Positions 9,249 through 19,386 of a stretch of DNA of 64,000 nt are shown piece by piece. The stretch covers positions 120,385 through 184,384 of the forward strand of contig JAMCSD010000006.1 of the NCBI GenBank assembly GCA_023380755.1. The letters are read 5' to 3'. The translations under genes were made by a program, and so were the position numbers. The notes beneath the pieces are model-generated. The model was not told the DNA's origin. It saw only the letters and a list, made by a program, of their open reading frames with translations, and did not search any database. This DNA is from Patescibacteria group bacterium. Lineage in GTDB: Bacteria; Patescibacteriota; Microgenomatia; UBA12405. The stretch's first letter is position 1. Each line of letters begins with the position of its first letter.

Positions 9249-10721
9249 TTAATAGCTCCGTTTGTAAACTAAGTAACCATCCCGGTTGTAAATTGGAGTG
9301 TAATTTCCGGCCAGATTTTCCAAAACAACATTGTGCATCGTACTGTGGATTTGTTCCAGAGTTTCATCGCCGCCGTCCAGTTCGATCCAATCAAAATATC
9401 CGTCGTTTATGGCCGCTAAATAAGCCTTTTGGCCGGTCAGGTTACGGTATTGAAACCAATCAAACGTTACCGTATAGGTTGGGAAATTATTATCGTAAGT
9501 CGCCAGGATGGCCGAAGCTCCCACTTCCGATAACACCTTATCTCCCGGTCGGACATGGGTTGATAAAAAACTCAGCACCGAATTACTGTTCCGCCATAAA
9601 TTATTAAACCGGTAGATTTCCTCGTAGGAGACAAAAGTAAAAATCAACAAAATCGCTATCAAGTTAACCGCCAATAACCGGGACGCCAGTACTGCCCCTC
9701 TGAGGTCTAAAAGATGGGCCAAACCGCCTCCGATTAACGGTGACAAAAACAATACTGTTAAGTAGGTATGCTTGTCCAAAGTCGGTTCCCGTTGGGTCAC
9801 AAAATGGAAAATAATCACCACCAGCGATAAGAAGGAGTAAATAAACCATTTTTTCCAATTAATTTTTGTTAATAGTGGCACACTCGCTATCAACCATAAG
9901 GCCCAAACATAACGGGTATTTATCCAAAATACTTCCCAAATAACTTCCCAGCTATTTTTCCCTCTCACTGCCTGCGAAGCTTCGTACAGCAATAGGTTAT
10001 GTAAATTAATCCCAATGTAATAAAGCATTACCAGTACCAGTGGCACCGCAAAATAACGGACCCAAAACTTAAATTGCTGCTTCAGTTTTCGTGCCTGCCA
10101 AAAAGTATAAATAAATAAAAAGGGGATATATAAACCGATCACTATTTTAGTCAGCAACGCCATTGCCAAGAAAATAAATCCCAAAAAATACCACAAACCG
10201 TAATTAGTTTCCTTTTCCTCGGCCTTGTGAATAAAAAGCAAAGATAATACTAAGAAATAAAAACTTGGCATATCATAAGTCGCCAACCGGCTGACATACA
10301 ATCCAACTGTCGCCACCCCGGCCACCGTGGCTCCGATTAAGCCGGCGATATTGGCTTGACCTTCATCCCGGTAAGCCACCAATTCCTTTGTTAATGCAAA
10401 TATCACCTCAATTGTCAGTACCCCAAAAACGACATTGAGTAGCCGGCTGCCCACAATTCCTCCTGTCAAATAAGCAATCGCCGACATTGGCGGATAAATA
10501 TATGGCTGTCCCGCCATCCACGCCGCCGCATTATATGTCCACCAGTCGCCTTGAAATAAACCCAGTCTTCCGATCACGGTGTAAATGGCTTCGTCATTAA
10601 ATGGAGAATTGTAATTCAGATTTACCACCCGCAAGACCAAGGCGGCGGTTATTATTTCGACCAAAATAATTTGGGCCCAATTTTTTTCTATGAAGACTAC
10701 TGCTTTTTGAATCAACATCAA
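9249..10721 (-). CDS. GT-C fold membrane glycosyltransferase (ArnT/PMT-like, GT39/GT83-type)
   Basis: About 12 predicted TM helices, an acidic motif in the first loop (NDEAIYT) and a C-terminal soluble region. This is the typical architecture of lipid-linked-sugar-dependent glycosyltransferases. Confidence 0.5.
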   Translation of the reverse strand: MMLIQKAVVFIEKNWAQIILVEIITAALVLRVVNLNYNSPFNDEAIYTVIGRLGLFQGDWWTYNAAAWMAGQPYIYPPMSAIAYLTGGIVGSRLLNVVFGVLTIEVIFALTKELVAYRDEGQANIAGLIGATVAGVATVGLYVSRLATYDMPSFYFLVLSLLFIHKAEEKETNYGLWYFLGFIFLAMALLTKIVIGLYIPFLFIYTFWQARKLKQQFKFWVRYFAVPLVLVMLYYIGINLHNLLLYEASQAVRGKNSWEVIWEVFWINTRYVWALWLIASVPLLTKINWKKWFIYSFLSLVVIIFHFVTQREPTLDKHTYLTVLFLSPLIGGGLAHLLDLRGAVLASRLLAVNLIAILLIFTFVSYEEIYRFNNLWRNSNSVLSFLSTHVRPGDKVLSEVGASAILATYDNNFPTYTVTFDWFQYRNLTGQKAYLAAINDGYFDWIELDGGDETLEQIHSTMHNVVLENLAGNYTPIYNRDGYLVYKRSY

Positions 10722-10923
10722 TAAAAAATAAATAATATCCAGTTTCCAGGACTAAACTAATATAATTATAATATTAGTTTTCGTAACCAATAATACCTCT
10801 GGTTAAAATAGTGAATTTTCTATCTCAATACATATCAAACACGTACCGTTATCTTATTTTAATACATCACACACCTCTGTCCACCCTCAATTTCGAATTG
10901 CCTTTGTTCCTCCTCAAAATTAC

Positions 10924-11346
10924 TTATTTTAGTGGCAATTCCGACACCCCACCCCAAAGATCAATCAGAAAATACTTCACCGGTCTTTTATTATCTAGTT
11001 TTCTTATTTCTGCCAACAATATTCGGCTAAATTCCATATGCGCCTGGCGGTCCGCTTCGACCGGCAAATCATGGACTATCGTTTTATCCTGAGCGTAACC
11101 GCCGCAATCCTGATGGTCAAAGACCCATATTTCTTCTGGTTGGTGCAGTCTCAGTGATAATTTAATTTGTCTTATTATGGCTGCCCGATCTTCTTCTTGA
11201 ATTGGCTTAACCAAGTCCCTGGATGCTCCAGCCATGCTGATTAAATCATAATTGTGCTGATATCCCTGGCTGTTCAAATAATGGACTAAGGCTTCTTGAA
11301 TCCTAAAATCAATACAGCTGATGACGCATAGTTTGGCTCGGTGCAT
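10924..11346 (-). CDS. Small beta-carbonic-anhydrase-like zinc-site protein
   Basis: C-I-D-F-R motif (compare CxDSR) and HQDCGG (compare HxxCG). The protein is shorter than a canonical beta-CA, so the assignment is tentative. Confidence 0.3.
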   Translation of the reverse strand: MHRAKLCVISCIDFRIQEALVHYLNSQGYQHNYDLISMAGASRDLVKPIQEEDRAAIIRQIKLSLRLHQPEEIWVFDHQDCGGYAQDKTIVHDLPVEADRQAHMEFSRILLAEIRKLDNKRPVKYFLIDLWGGVSELPLK

Positions 11347-11405
11347 ATTCCTGATTATAGCCTTTCTATTTGGCTCGCCGACGTTGTGTTTTGTAAAATA
11401 AATCC

Positions 11406-12275
11406 ATGAACATATTATTACGCTTATTAGCCATCCTTTTCGCTATTTTGCCAATCCGTCAATCCCGCCCGGCTGCGGCCTCATCATCTTATAACCTGCT
11501 AATTGCCGATCGCGGTCATAATCGTTTGATTGAAGTCGCTCCTGATAAGCGGATTATTTGGGAATACGACTTTCATCTGCCCCGTCCTGGTTTGGGGCCG
11601 GATGACGCCTTTTTTGCTAATCAAGGTCAAACAGTGATTGCCAATTTAGAGGAATATCACCAAATTGTTTTAATTGATTACACCTCTAAAAAAATTCTTT
11701 GGTCCTATGGCCACCCCGGCCTCGCCGGATCGGCTCCCGGTTTCTTAAATACCCCCGATGACGCTTACCTGTTGCCTAATGGCCACATTATTGTGGCCGA
11801 TATTAAAAACAACCGGGTAATAGAAATTGATCAACAATCCCACCTGGTCCATGCCGATACTCATCTTCTCAGCCCCAATGGTGACACGCCACTGGCTAAT
11901 GGCCATCTTCTCATCAGCGAAATTCACCGCCGGGACCTAGTGGAATTAAATGCCCAGTGGCAGGAAGTTTTTCGCTTATCATTACCGGTCAACTACCCTT
12001 CCGACCCCCAACTCACCCTTTCGGGAAATTACCTGGTCTCTGACTATAGCAATCCCGGCAAAATTGTGGAAGTTGATCGGCAGGGGAGTCTTATTTGGGA
12101 ATACACCTCAGGCCTTAACCATCCTTCCATCGCCTTGGAGTTGCCCGATGGCCATATCGTCGCCACTGACGACCTCAACAATCGGGTCATTATCATTGAT
12201 AAAAAAACCAACAAAATAATATGGCAGTACACCGGTGTTAATCTTCCCGACGGCGTCGATTACCGTTTTTCTTAG
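11406..12275 (+). CDS. Secreted beta-propeller repeat protein (NHL/YncE-like)
   Basis: Signal peptide followed by about six repeats containing the recurring motif NNR[LV]IE[IV]D / DxxNNRVI. Confidence 0.5.
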   Translation: MNILLRLLAILFAILPIRQSRPAAASSSYNLLIADRGHNRLIEVAPDKRIIWEYDFHLPRPGLGPDDAFFANQGQTVIANLEEYHQIVLIDYTSKKILWSYGHPGLAGSAPGFLNTPDDAYLLPNGHIIVADIKNNRVIEIDQQSHLVHADTHLLSPNGDTPLANGHLLISEIHRRDLVELNAQWQEVFRLSLPVNYPSDPQLTLSGNYLVSDYSNPGKIVEVDRQGSLIWEYTSGLNHPSIALELPDGHIVATDDLNNRVIIIDKKTNKIIWQYTGVNLPDGVDYRFS

Positions 12276-13408
12276 TCTCGACTGGCTTGTTTCTTAATTT
12301 CATCAATTACTTCCCGGATGCCTTTTAGCAGTTTTCGGGAAAGGCTGTGGGCAATATACATCTTTCCTGAATATAGGTCAATTTTTAACATTATCTCATA
12401 GGCATTAACTTTGCCTTTGAAATTTTTATCCTCCTTTTTGCTCAACGCAATTTGCGAGATTTTTTCACTTTTGCTGATGTGCTCATATAGGCTGGCTATC
12501 CAAACTTCTGTAGTTCGCAATTCCGCTATTCTCACCTCCTCAAAACCCCGCAGTTGTAGCGGCAACGGCCCTGTTTTATCCCGGACCAAAACTGTCTCCA
12601 GCAAATCTCGTAACTCCAATATCCCCGTTGGGTAATTCTCCTCATTAAGTACTGCCACGTAATGTGCCCCACTATTGACGAGGCCAGTCACCAGCCTCTC
12701 CTTGTTTTCTCTTTCCGTGCCGCTGGTTTCGTAAATCTTTTGTTCCACAAATTGCTGCAGGGGGTAATCAGCCCGATCAATCTTTTCACCCACAAAACCT
12801 TTCCATCCGGGAATAGCCTCTAGTCGTAATCCGGCTTTCTGGTTAAAAGCCTTAAGTAAACTCTTTTTAGAAACCACTCCTCGAAAATGGCTTTCTTTAT
12901 CAATCAAAAAAGCATAATTATTTTTCTTGTCGGCTAAGGCCTGAAAAGCTTCCTTAATGCTTGCTTCATTCGGAACTAAAATCGCCTTTTTTATCGGTGT
13001 CCGCAGCATAATCAGATTATGGAAAGTTTCATTCGCCATTAAAACCTTCAAAATACCCGCTGCTGTCAATTGACCCACTATTTGCTTCTTTTGGTCAAAC
13101 ACTGGTATTCGGTACCAGCCATAATCCACCATTTCCTTCACCGCCTTCGTAATCCGATCCTGTCGGTAAATTGTCCCGGCACTCACCTGGTTAATTGCCT
13201 TACTCAAATAAGGCATTCGGCTATGATAAAAAGTATTTTGGATGGAAATTAAACCCTTAAAACCTTCATCTTGGTAAACCAGAATCGGCTCAAAACTGTT
13301 GTTCACTAAATCAATTAGGTTCCCCAAGGTCTCGTCATCGCTGCATTGCACGAAATGTGCCCCTCGCTCCATAAATTTTTCCACTTTCGGTAGGCCTTTA
13401 TTTTTCAT
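12272..13408 (-). CDS. CBS-domain protein (four CBS motifs)
   Basis: Four CBS-like segments, for example YRIPVFDQKKQIVGQLTAAGILKVL and HYVAVLNEENYPTGILELRDLLE. Confidence 0.6.
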   Translation of the reverse strand: MKNKGLPKVEKFMERGAHFVQCSDDETLGNLIDLVNNSFEPILVYQDEGFKGLISIQNTFYHSRMPYLSKAINQVSAGTIYRQDRITKAVKEMVDYGWYRIPVFDQKKQIVGQLTAAGILKVLMANETFHNLIMLRTPIKKAILVPNEASIKEAFQALADKKNNYAFLIDKESHFRGVVSKKSLLKAFNQKAGLRLEAIPGWKGFVGEKIDRADYPLQQFVEQKIYETSGTERENKERLVTGLVNSGAHYVAVLNEENYPTGILELRDLLETVLVRDKTGPLPLQLRGFEEVRIAELRTTEVWIASLYEHISKSEKISQIALSKKEDKNFKGKVNAYEIMLKIDLYSGKMYIAHSLSRKLLKGIREVIDEIKKQASRD

Positions 13409-13409
13409 A

Positions 13410-13793
13410 TTAATGTTCCTCCGTAAAACTAACTTCCACTAACGGGCTTCCCGCCACCCACGAATCCAGTTGCCGTTCTTCGCCTCTACTTTTAGTGATC
13501 TTGGCCAGTATTTCCCGGCGCTCAACCGGGTCGGTAATGGCTCTCGCTGTCGCCGGCAAATCAGCTTGAGTGCTTTCTTTCAGGTGAAAAATAAATTCTG
13601 GATTGGCCAAAAGATTGGCATACCAGTCCCGTTTGCCGGGGTTACCGGTCAGGTAAATTTTCCCCTCAACCACATGGAACCAGGTTTCGATCCGATGTGG
13701 CCGGCCGCTCTTTTTTCCCATGGTGGTGATCTCAATTGTCTGGTCTGTTTTCAGCGCCGTGCTCACCCTCGGTTCCATCATTTTATTAAACAC
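13410..13793 (-). CDS. Nitroreductase-family deazaflavin-dependent oxidoreductase-like protein (PNPOx split-barrel fold)
   Basis: The pattern TTMGKKSGRPHRIETWFHVVEGKIYLTGNPG...WYANLLANPEF matches that family signature. Confidence 0.55.
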   Translation of the reverse strand: MFNKMMEPRVSTALKTDQTIEITTMGKKSGRPHRIETWFHVVEGKIYLTGNPGKRDWYANLLANPEFIFHLKESTQADLPATARAITDPVERREILAKITKSRGEERQLDSWVAGSPLVEVSFTEEH

Positions 13794-13875
13794 TAACTTA
13801 TATAATTTTAGTACGAGTAATTATCGACTACAAATTACTATAGTGATGGTGTGAGTATTTGTTATAATCGAAACA

Positions 13876-15165
13876 ATGGGATTAAATCCTGAACTTCTTC
13901 AAGAAGCCGAATCAATTTGGGCGGAAAATAATAAAATCAACCGCTTCGGCACCCGGTTTGGCATTTACCCCATCGACAAATCCAAGCTCCTTCTCGATCG
14001 GTCCCTGGCTCTGCATCATCAGCTTCGGTCTACCTCCACGCCCACCACCGCTGATGAAGTTTTGGAAAACGAATTATCCCGTCATTTATCTTCCCGGGCT
14101 ATTTCCCTTGACAACTGGTTAAGTGGCCGCACGTGGACCCTTGAAAATTATCTTCACCATTATGGTCTCCAAGCCTCAAAAATTACCGCTCTAAAAGATT
14201 GGTTGGCTGCCAATCGGGCGGCCGCCCTTCAGGGCAGTGAAGATCTGTATCGTCGTTTCCGTGTCGACGCTTATGAATTAGCTTTACCCTTGGAAGTCCC
14301 CCGTCTTCGGGATCAGGCTGTCGGCATCGGTAGCAATCGGGTGGAAATTTATCACCAGGCCTTAGCCGATTTATATAGTTCGGTTAGCGATGCCGGTTCC
14401 TATCTTCGCCAGTTACGGGTTGATGTCACCACCAAAAACCGTTCTGAATTTAATTATCGCAGCCGGCGCTTAGGTCTTAGCCTCGGGTCCATTCTCTATG
14501 AAAACGAGGATGGCAGCCTTCAGGTCCGGGAGCGCGAACTTCTGCGGCTTTACGGCCACGAAGGCTTGGCTCATGCTCTGCAGTACATTATTACCCAAGC
14601 CTCGCCGCTCCCCGTCTTTTTAAAAGAAAACTCCGGAGCCTCGGCCGCCACCGAAGAGGCTCTGGCCCTTCACATGGAGAAAGTTGTCTTTGATGAAGTC
14701 GCTGATTCGCCCGAACTGCAAAAACAGCTCCAACTTACCGATCGTTACCCCGATATTTACGAAGAAGTCAAAGCCACTGCCCTTGTTAACACCTTTAAGC
14801 GCCGTTTTTACCATTATAGTATTTATGTTTTGGCCGATTTGAGTTTTGGCGATCCCGAAGATCCTCAAGTTGTTAACCGCAAAACTGAGCATCTTTCCGA
14901 ACTAGCCATAAATCCTATGGTAGCCCGCAATCTGATTGAAGACAACCGCCGCCATTATGATTCCCAAAAAAATCTTGACTCTGATCTCCTCTCGGAATTG
15001 CGTTATGCCTCCCCTGTGGTTGATGAAGCTTTCGCCGTCTTTGCCCAAAATGGTCTTGACTATACCTCCCGTGCCGGCCGCAGCCTAATTGACTTAACCC
15101 TGTTAACCGGATTTTTCACCCCGGCCGGCTTACTCGAAAATGCCGCTCTGCAACGCTCCCGGTGA
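13876..15165 (+). CDS. Hypothetical protein (429 aa)
   Basis: Long ORF with coding-like composition and no recognised motif. It contains HEGLAH, which has zincin-like residues but the wrong spacing. Confidence 0.5.
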   Translation: MGLNPELLQEAESIWAENNKINRFGTRFGIYPIDKSKLLLDRSLALHHQLRSTSTPTTADEVLENELSRHLSSRAISLDNWLSGRTWTLENYLHHYGLQASKITALKDWLAANRAAALQGSEDLYRRFRVDAYELALPLEVPRLRDQAVGIGSNRVEIYHQALADLYSSVSDAGSYLRQLRVDVTTKNRSEFNYRSRRLGLSLGSILYENEDGSLQVRERELLRLYGHEGLAHALQYIITQASPLPVFLKENSGASAATEEALALHMEKVVFDEVADSPELQKQLQLTDRYPDIYEEVKATALVNTFKRRFYHYSIYVLADLSFGDPEDPQVVNRKTEHLSELAINPMVARNLIEDNRRHYDSQKNLDSDLLSELRYASPVVDEAFAVFAQNGLDYTSRAGRSLIDLTLLTGFFTPAGLLENAALQRSR

Positions 15166-15410
15166 TTTGCCAAGAAAAGACTAAACTGTTACAATGTAAG
15201 TAATAGTTGCTTATCAAAATTCCCCGAAGAAAGTGTACCGCTGTTCTTTGACATCAATGAAGCGGATATTGTCTATTAAATATAGTAGACATTATCCGCT
15301 TCATGCGGGCACAACTTAATAGCAAGTTGCTGTCGGAAAGGAGGTGGTGCTTATTGGAGTCTAGCTTTACTGGATAAGAGATGCTGTATTTTGTTTTGGA
15401 GGTTACTGGA

Positions 15411-15821
15411 ATGTCTAAAAGAAACAAGAGTGGAAATAGTCGAGTTTTTCAGCCTCAATCATCCCAACGCCAATCTTCGAAATATCCCGTCAACAGCCAA
15501 GCTAAGTCTACCGGAGTCCGATTTGGTTATGCTCTCGTCAACGGTAACGAGAAACTCCTCGACGAAATGACCTATAATTCCGTCGCTGAAGGAGCTTCTG
15601 GAGCCGGTGCCAAATCGACCAATATCTCTCGTTTTAAGAACTCTGGTTCTACCAGGCTTGGCCCTGTAATGCCCATTAACGGGCTTCATAGCGGCAAAAA
15701 CGATGAGACTACTATCGCCGCGTTTTTCACTGACGATAACAATAACTTAACCGGCGTCGCGACCATCCAAGTCATGGGCCGCGATCGAATCCACAACTGG
15801 ACCTTCTGTTCCAGTAAGTAA
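15411..15821 (+). CDS. Hypothetical protein (about 136 aa)
   Basis: ATG at 15411 preceded by a GGAGG ribosome-binding site. The track ORF begins upstream at an alternative start. No recognised domain. Confidence 0.45.
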   Translation: MSKRNKSGNSRVFQPQSSQRQSSKYPVNSQAKSTGVRFGYALVNGNEKLLDEMTYNSVAEGASGAGAKSTNISRFKNSGSTRLGPVMPINGLHSGKNDETTIAAFFTDDNNNLTGVATIQVMGRDRIHNWTFCSSK

Positions 15822-15834
15822 CTCTATAAGCATT

Positions 15835-15891
15835 CTAGGGAGGACGTCTTCGCCAACGTCTTCAGACTCAAGTCCTCCCTAGAAATTTTTT
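15835..15891 (+). terminator. Rho-independent terminator (11-bp GC-rich stem followed by a T-run)
   Basis: ctagggaggac...gtcctccctag followed by aaatttttt. It lies between convergent genes. Confidence 0.6.
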
Positions 15892-16485
15892 AAATTCAAT
15901 AATTGCCACTGTCCGAAATCCCGCTTGAGCATAAACCTGACGCATCTTTTGGGATACCTCTGAATTATCGATGGCAATCGTATGGGATTCCCCACAACCT
16001 GATTGTTTCACTATAATCACCGCTGGTGCTTGCAGTTCGGCCGTGCTCAACTCATTAAAATCGTCAACCTTCACCTCTTCTGACTTTTCATTTTCGGGGC
16101 CTTCACCAATTATAGTTTGGCCATTTTTATTCATCGTAATTCTTTTAATTTGGATTCCCTTGGTTTCATACATTTCCCTCATCGCCTTTCCATAACTTCC
16201 GTGTTGGAGCATCAGACTTCCCTGGTGCAAAAAAGCCCCATATTCTCTTGTAATACCTTCCCAATAATCCTGATGGGCTGGCAGTGGTAATCCAAAATAA
16301 GCCATAATTGCCGCCATGGCCACAAAGGGGCAGCCTTCTCCGGTCCTTTCCTGGTCTAGATAAAGTTCCCTTAAATTTGCTTGGTTCCAGTCTAATATAG
16401 TACTCAGCGGTCTTATTTCTAGTGTCGGCAAGGCTATTACTCGGCTTGGATTCCTTTCGGATGTTAATACTTCTTGCCAAGACAT
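15868..16485 (-). CDS. Standalone C39-like (papain-fold) peptidase-domain protein
   Basis: EGCPFVAMAAIMAYFG matches the C39 active-site Cys region (CG.A...M..YYG pattern), and a His occurs later in GCGESHTIAI. Confidence 0.4.
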   Translation of the reverse strand: MSWQEVLTSERNPSRVIALPTLEIRPLSTILDWNQANLRELYLDQERTGEGCPFVAMAAIMAYFGLPLPAHQDYWEGITREYGAFLHQGSLMLQHGSYGKAMREMYETKGIQIKRITMNKNGQTIIGEGPENEKSEEVKVDDFNELSTAELQAPAVIIVKQSGCGESHTIAIDNSEVSQKMRQVYAQAGFRTVAIIEFKKFLGRT

Positions 16486-16678
16486 GGATCACCCCAATAA
16501 TAACAATTTATTAAGGCAAAGACAGATATGTCAAAAATTTGCTTTACAATAGAACATGGTCTATAGCGCTTCTGGAATTTAAATCACCCTCCCCTTTTTT
16601 CCCGCAATATTTACCTAGTAATAAAATTATAGAGATAAATCGTATGGTATATTTACGTTAGAGGGGATTTTTTCCAAA

Positions 16679-18337
16679 ATGCTTATTTCCGATCAACAAC
16701 TTAGCCAAATTATTGTTAACCAAGGTCTTGTTGATAATAAAAAGCTAGAAGATATTATCGCCTTTGCCCGGAACGCCGATCTGCCGCTCTCTGAAGCCTT
16801 GTTAGAGAAAGACATCCTTTCCGATCTGGAACTAGGTCAGCTTTTGGCTGCTCATCTTAAGCTTCCCTTTATTAATCTTTCTGAACTCTCCATCCCTCAT
16901 GAACTTTGCCGAATTATCCCCGAAAACATTGCTAAATCTCAAAAAGTTATCTTATTTGACCGTAGTCCTACTGAAATTAAATTGGCTCTAGCCGACCCTG
17001 CCAATACCGACATCCAACAATCTGTTGCCCAAAAGACTGGTACCAAAGTTACCCCTTATTTAGCCACCCACCGGGATATTGAAAATGCCCTAAAGGTTTA
17101 CCGTCAGGATGTCCAGCAGACCTTTAATTCCATGTTGCGCAATCCTGAATTTGTTCCGGTCGCCGAAATTGCTGACCTCCTTATTGAATATGCCTACCAG
17201 GACAAAGCCTCCGATATCCATATTGAACCCGATGAAAAATACTGTCTCATTCGCTTTCGTCTTGATGGTGTCCTCCACGATATTCTCCGACTTCCTAAGC
17301 CTCTTCACGACCGGATTGTCACCCGCATCAAAGTTTTAGCTCGGTTGCGCACCGATGAGCACCTGACTCCCCAAGATGGCCGCCTCCGTCTCCAGCTCAC
17401 TTCAGAAAATTTGGATATCCGGGTTTCCATTGTCCCTGTAGCCGAAGGTGAAAAAGTCGTTTTAAGATTATTGTCTGCCCGTTCCCGTCAATTTTCTTTG
17501 ATGGATTTAGGGATGCGGTCAACAGACCTCAAAAAAGTCATGAATGCTATCAGTAAATCTTATGGCCTAGTCTTAGCCACCGGCCCTACCGGTTCCGGCA
17601 AAACCACTTCCATTTATTCTCTCCTTAAAATACTCAATACCCGCGATAAAAACATCACCACTATTGAAGATCCGGTTGAATATCGACTCTCCGGTGTTAA
17701 CCAAATCCAGGTCAACCCCCGCTCCAATCTCAGTTTTGCCAATGGCTTACGTTCCATACTCCGTCAGGATCCTAACATAATATTTGTAGGAGAGATACGC
17801 GATAATGACACTGCCGCCATTGGGGTTAACGCCGCTCTGACCGGTCACCTGGTCCTTTCCACTCTCCACACCAATGATGCCGCCACCGCCTTACCGCGAT
17901 TTATTGATATGAAAGTTGAGCCTTTTTTGGTGGCCTCGACGGTCAACGTCGTCATTGCCCAGCGTTTAGTCCGCAAAGTTTGTAAACACTGTCGGCGACC
18001 CCAAGAAATTTCCCTAACCGATCTTCGCCAATTGCTCCCTCCAGATGTCCTTGCCCACAACTTTGGCCGCCGTCCCAAAATCACTGCTTTTACCGGTGAC
18101 GGTTGTGATTTATGCCACCATACTGGTTATTCCGGCCGCATCGGTATCTTTGAAGTCATGGAAGTCACCGCCGCCATCCGCAATTTAATTACCGACAAAA
18201 AGGACTCCACCCTGATTTCCGACTGCGCCCAAAAAGAGGGGATGACCACCATGCTCGATGACGGTTTGCAAAAAGTCCTGACCGGGGACACCACTCTCGA
18301 CGAAATCCTCCGCGTTACAAAAACAGAAACCATATGA
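16679..18337 (+). CDS. pilB: Type IV pilus assembly ATPase PilB (GspE family)
   Basis: N-terminal GspII_E_N-like domain, Walker A GPTGSGKTT, Asp and His boxes, and a tetracysteine motif CKHC...CDLC. Confidence 0.85.
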   Translation: MLISDQQLSQIIVNQGLVDNKKLEDIIAFARNADLPLSEALLEKDILSDLELGQLLAAHLKLPFINLSELSIPHELCRIIPENIAKSQKVILFDRSPTEIKLALADPANTDIQQSVAQKTGTKVTPYLATHRDIENALKVYRQDVQQTFNSMLRNPEFVPVAEIADLLIEYAYQDKASDIHIEPDEKYCLIRFRLDGVLHDILRLPKPLHDRIVTRIKVLARLRTDEHLTPQDGRLRLQLTSENLDIRVSIVPVAEGEKVVLRLLSARSRQFSLMDLGMRSTDLKKVMNAISKSYGLVLATGPTGSGKTTSIYSLLKILNTRDKNITTIEDPVEYRLSGVNQIQVNPRSNLSFANGLRSILRQDPNIIFVGEIRDNDTAAIGVNAALTGHLVLSTLHTNDAATALPRFIDMKVEPFLVASTVNVVIAQRLVRKVCKHCRRPQEISLTDLRQLLPPDVLAHNFGRRPKITAFTGDGCDLCHHTGYSGRIGIFEVMEVTAAIRNLITDKKDSTLISDCAQKEGMTTMLDDGLQKVLTGDTTLDEILRVTKTETI

Positions 18338-19386
18338 AAAAGAATAATCACCGAATCTCCAACAGTGAGAAACTGGCCCTCTACAGTAATTTAGCCACCA
18401 TGCTTCAGGCCGGCATTCCCATTCTGGAGGCTGTCCGTCTTTTAGCCGAGGAGTCCCATGGCAGCCTTAAAAAAATGTTGGAAGCCATCGCCGCTGACCT
18501 GGTCCAGGGAGAGGATTTAAGCACCTCTTTTTCCCGTTTTCCTGCGGCCTTCGATCGGATTACCATTAACATTCTTAAGGCTTCCGAACGTTCCGGCACC
18601 CTGGAGACTACCCTCAAAGATTTACGCAACAATTTACGCCGTGATATCGAATTTACTGACAAAGTTAAATCTTCGTTGCTTTACCCAGCCATCCTCTTGG
18701 TTGTTTTTAGTTTGGTATTTATTGTAATTCTTACTTTCGTTATCCCCCGGATTGCCATGGTCTTTAAGAACCTCAAAGTCGTTTTGCCGCTGCCTACTAA
18801 AATTTTAATTTTTGTTTCTCAAATCTTTACTACCTATACCTTGCCGATCGTTGCTCTGCTTATTGTTTTGGTTTTAGCCTTTGTCTATTTTTATGAAACC
18901 AGACGTAAATCGTTTTTTAAGGTCTTTTCCCATTTGCCGGTTGTTTCTCTTCTGGTCCGCGAGATTGACCTGACCCGTTTTTCCCGGAGTCTCGCCCTCC
19001 TTTTGGGCTCTAATGTCCCCATTGCTTCGGCCTTGGAATTAAGTCAGGATGTGGTGGTCGGCCGCGATTTAAATCAGGCCATTCTCCGCTCCCGGGACAT
19101 TATTCTTTCCGGCGGCCGGCTTTCCGAGGGCTTGCGGACCCCCCGCAAAACCATCCCGGCCGTCATTACCAAAATCATTGAATCCGGCGAAAAAAGCGGC
19201 TCCCTCGATAAATCTATGCAGGATGTTTCCGAGTATCTTGATTACAACGTCACCAATGATCTAAAGATGGTCACTACCCTGCTCGAGCCGCTTATCTTAG
19301 TTGTCGTCGGCCTTTTTGTCGGTGGTATGATGCTCTCCATCATTGCCCCCATTTACAATTTAATCGGACAAATCAGTGCCCATTAA
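18334..19386 (+). CDS. pilC: Type IV pilus platform protein PilC (GspF family)
   Basis: Two GspF-like repeats with three TM segments. The 4-nt overlap with pilB indicates translational coupling. Confidence 0.75.
   Translation: MKKNNHRISNSEKLALYSNLATMLQAGIPILEAVRLLAEESHGSLKKMLEAIAADLVQGEDLSTSFSRFPAAFDRITINILKASERSGTLETTLKDLRNNLRRDIEFTDKVKSSLLYPAILLVVFSLVFIVILTFVIPRIAMVFKNLKVVLPLPTKILIFVSQIFTTYTLPIVALLIVLVLAFVYFYETRRKSFFKVFSHLPVVSLLVREIDLTRFSRSLALLLGSNVPIASALELSQDVVVGRDLNQAILRSRDIILSGGRLSEGLRTPRKTIPAVITKIIESGEKSGSLDKSMQDVSEYLDYNVTNDLKMVTTLLEPLILVVVGLFVGGMMLSIIAPIYNLIGQISAH

Noticed and set aside
13876-15165. Zincin metalloprotease call for the 429-aa protein based on HEGLAH
   Set aside because: The spacing is HExxxH, not HExxH, and no downstream Glu/His third ligand context is recognisable. 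The protein is left as hypothetical.
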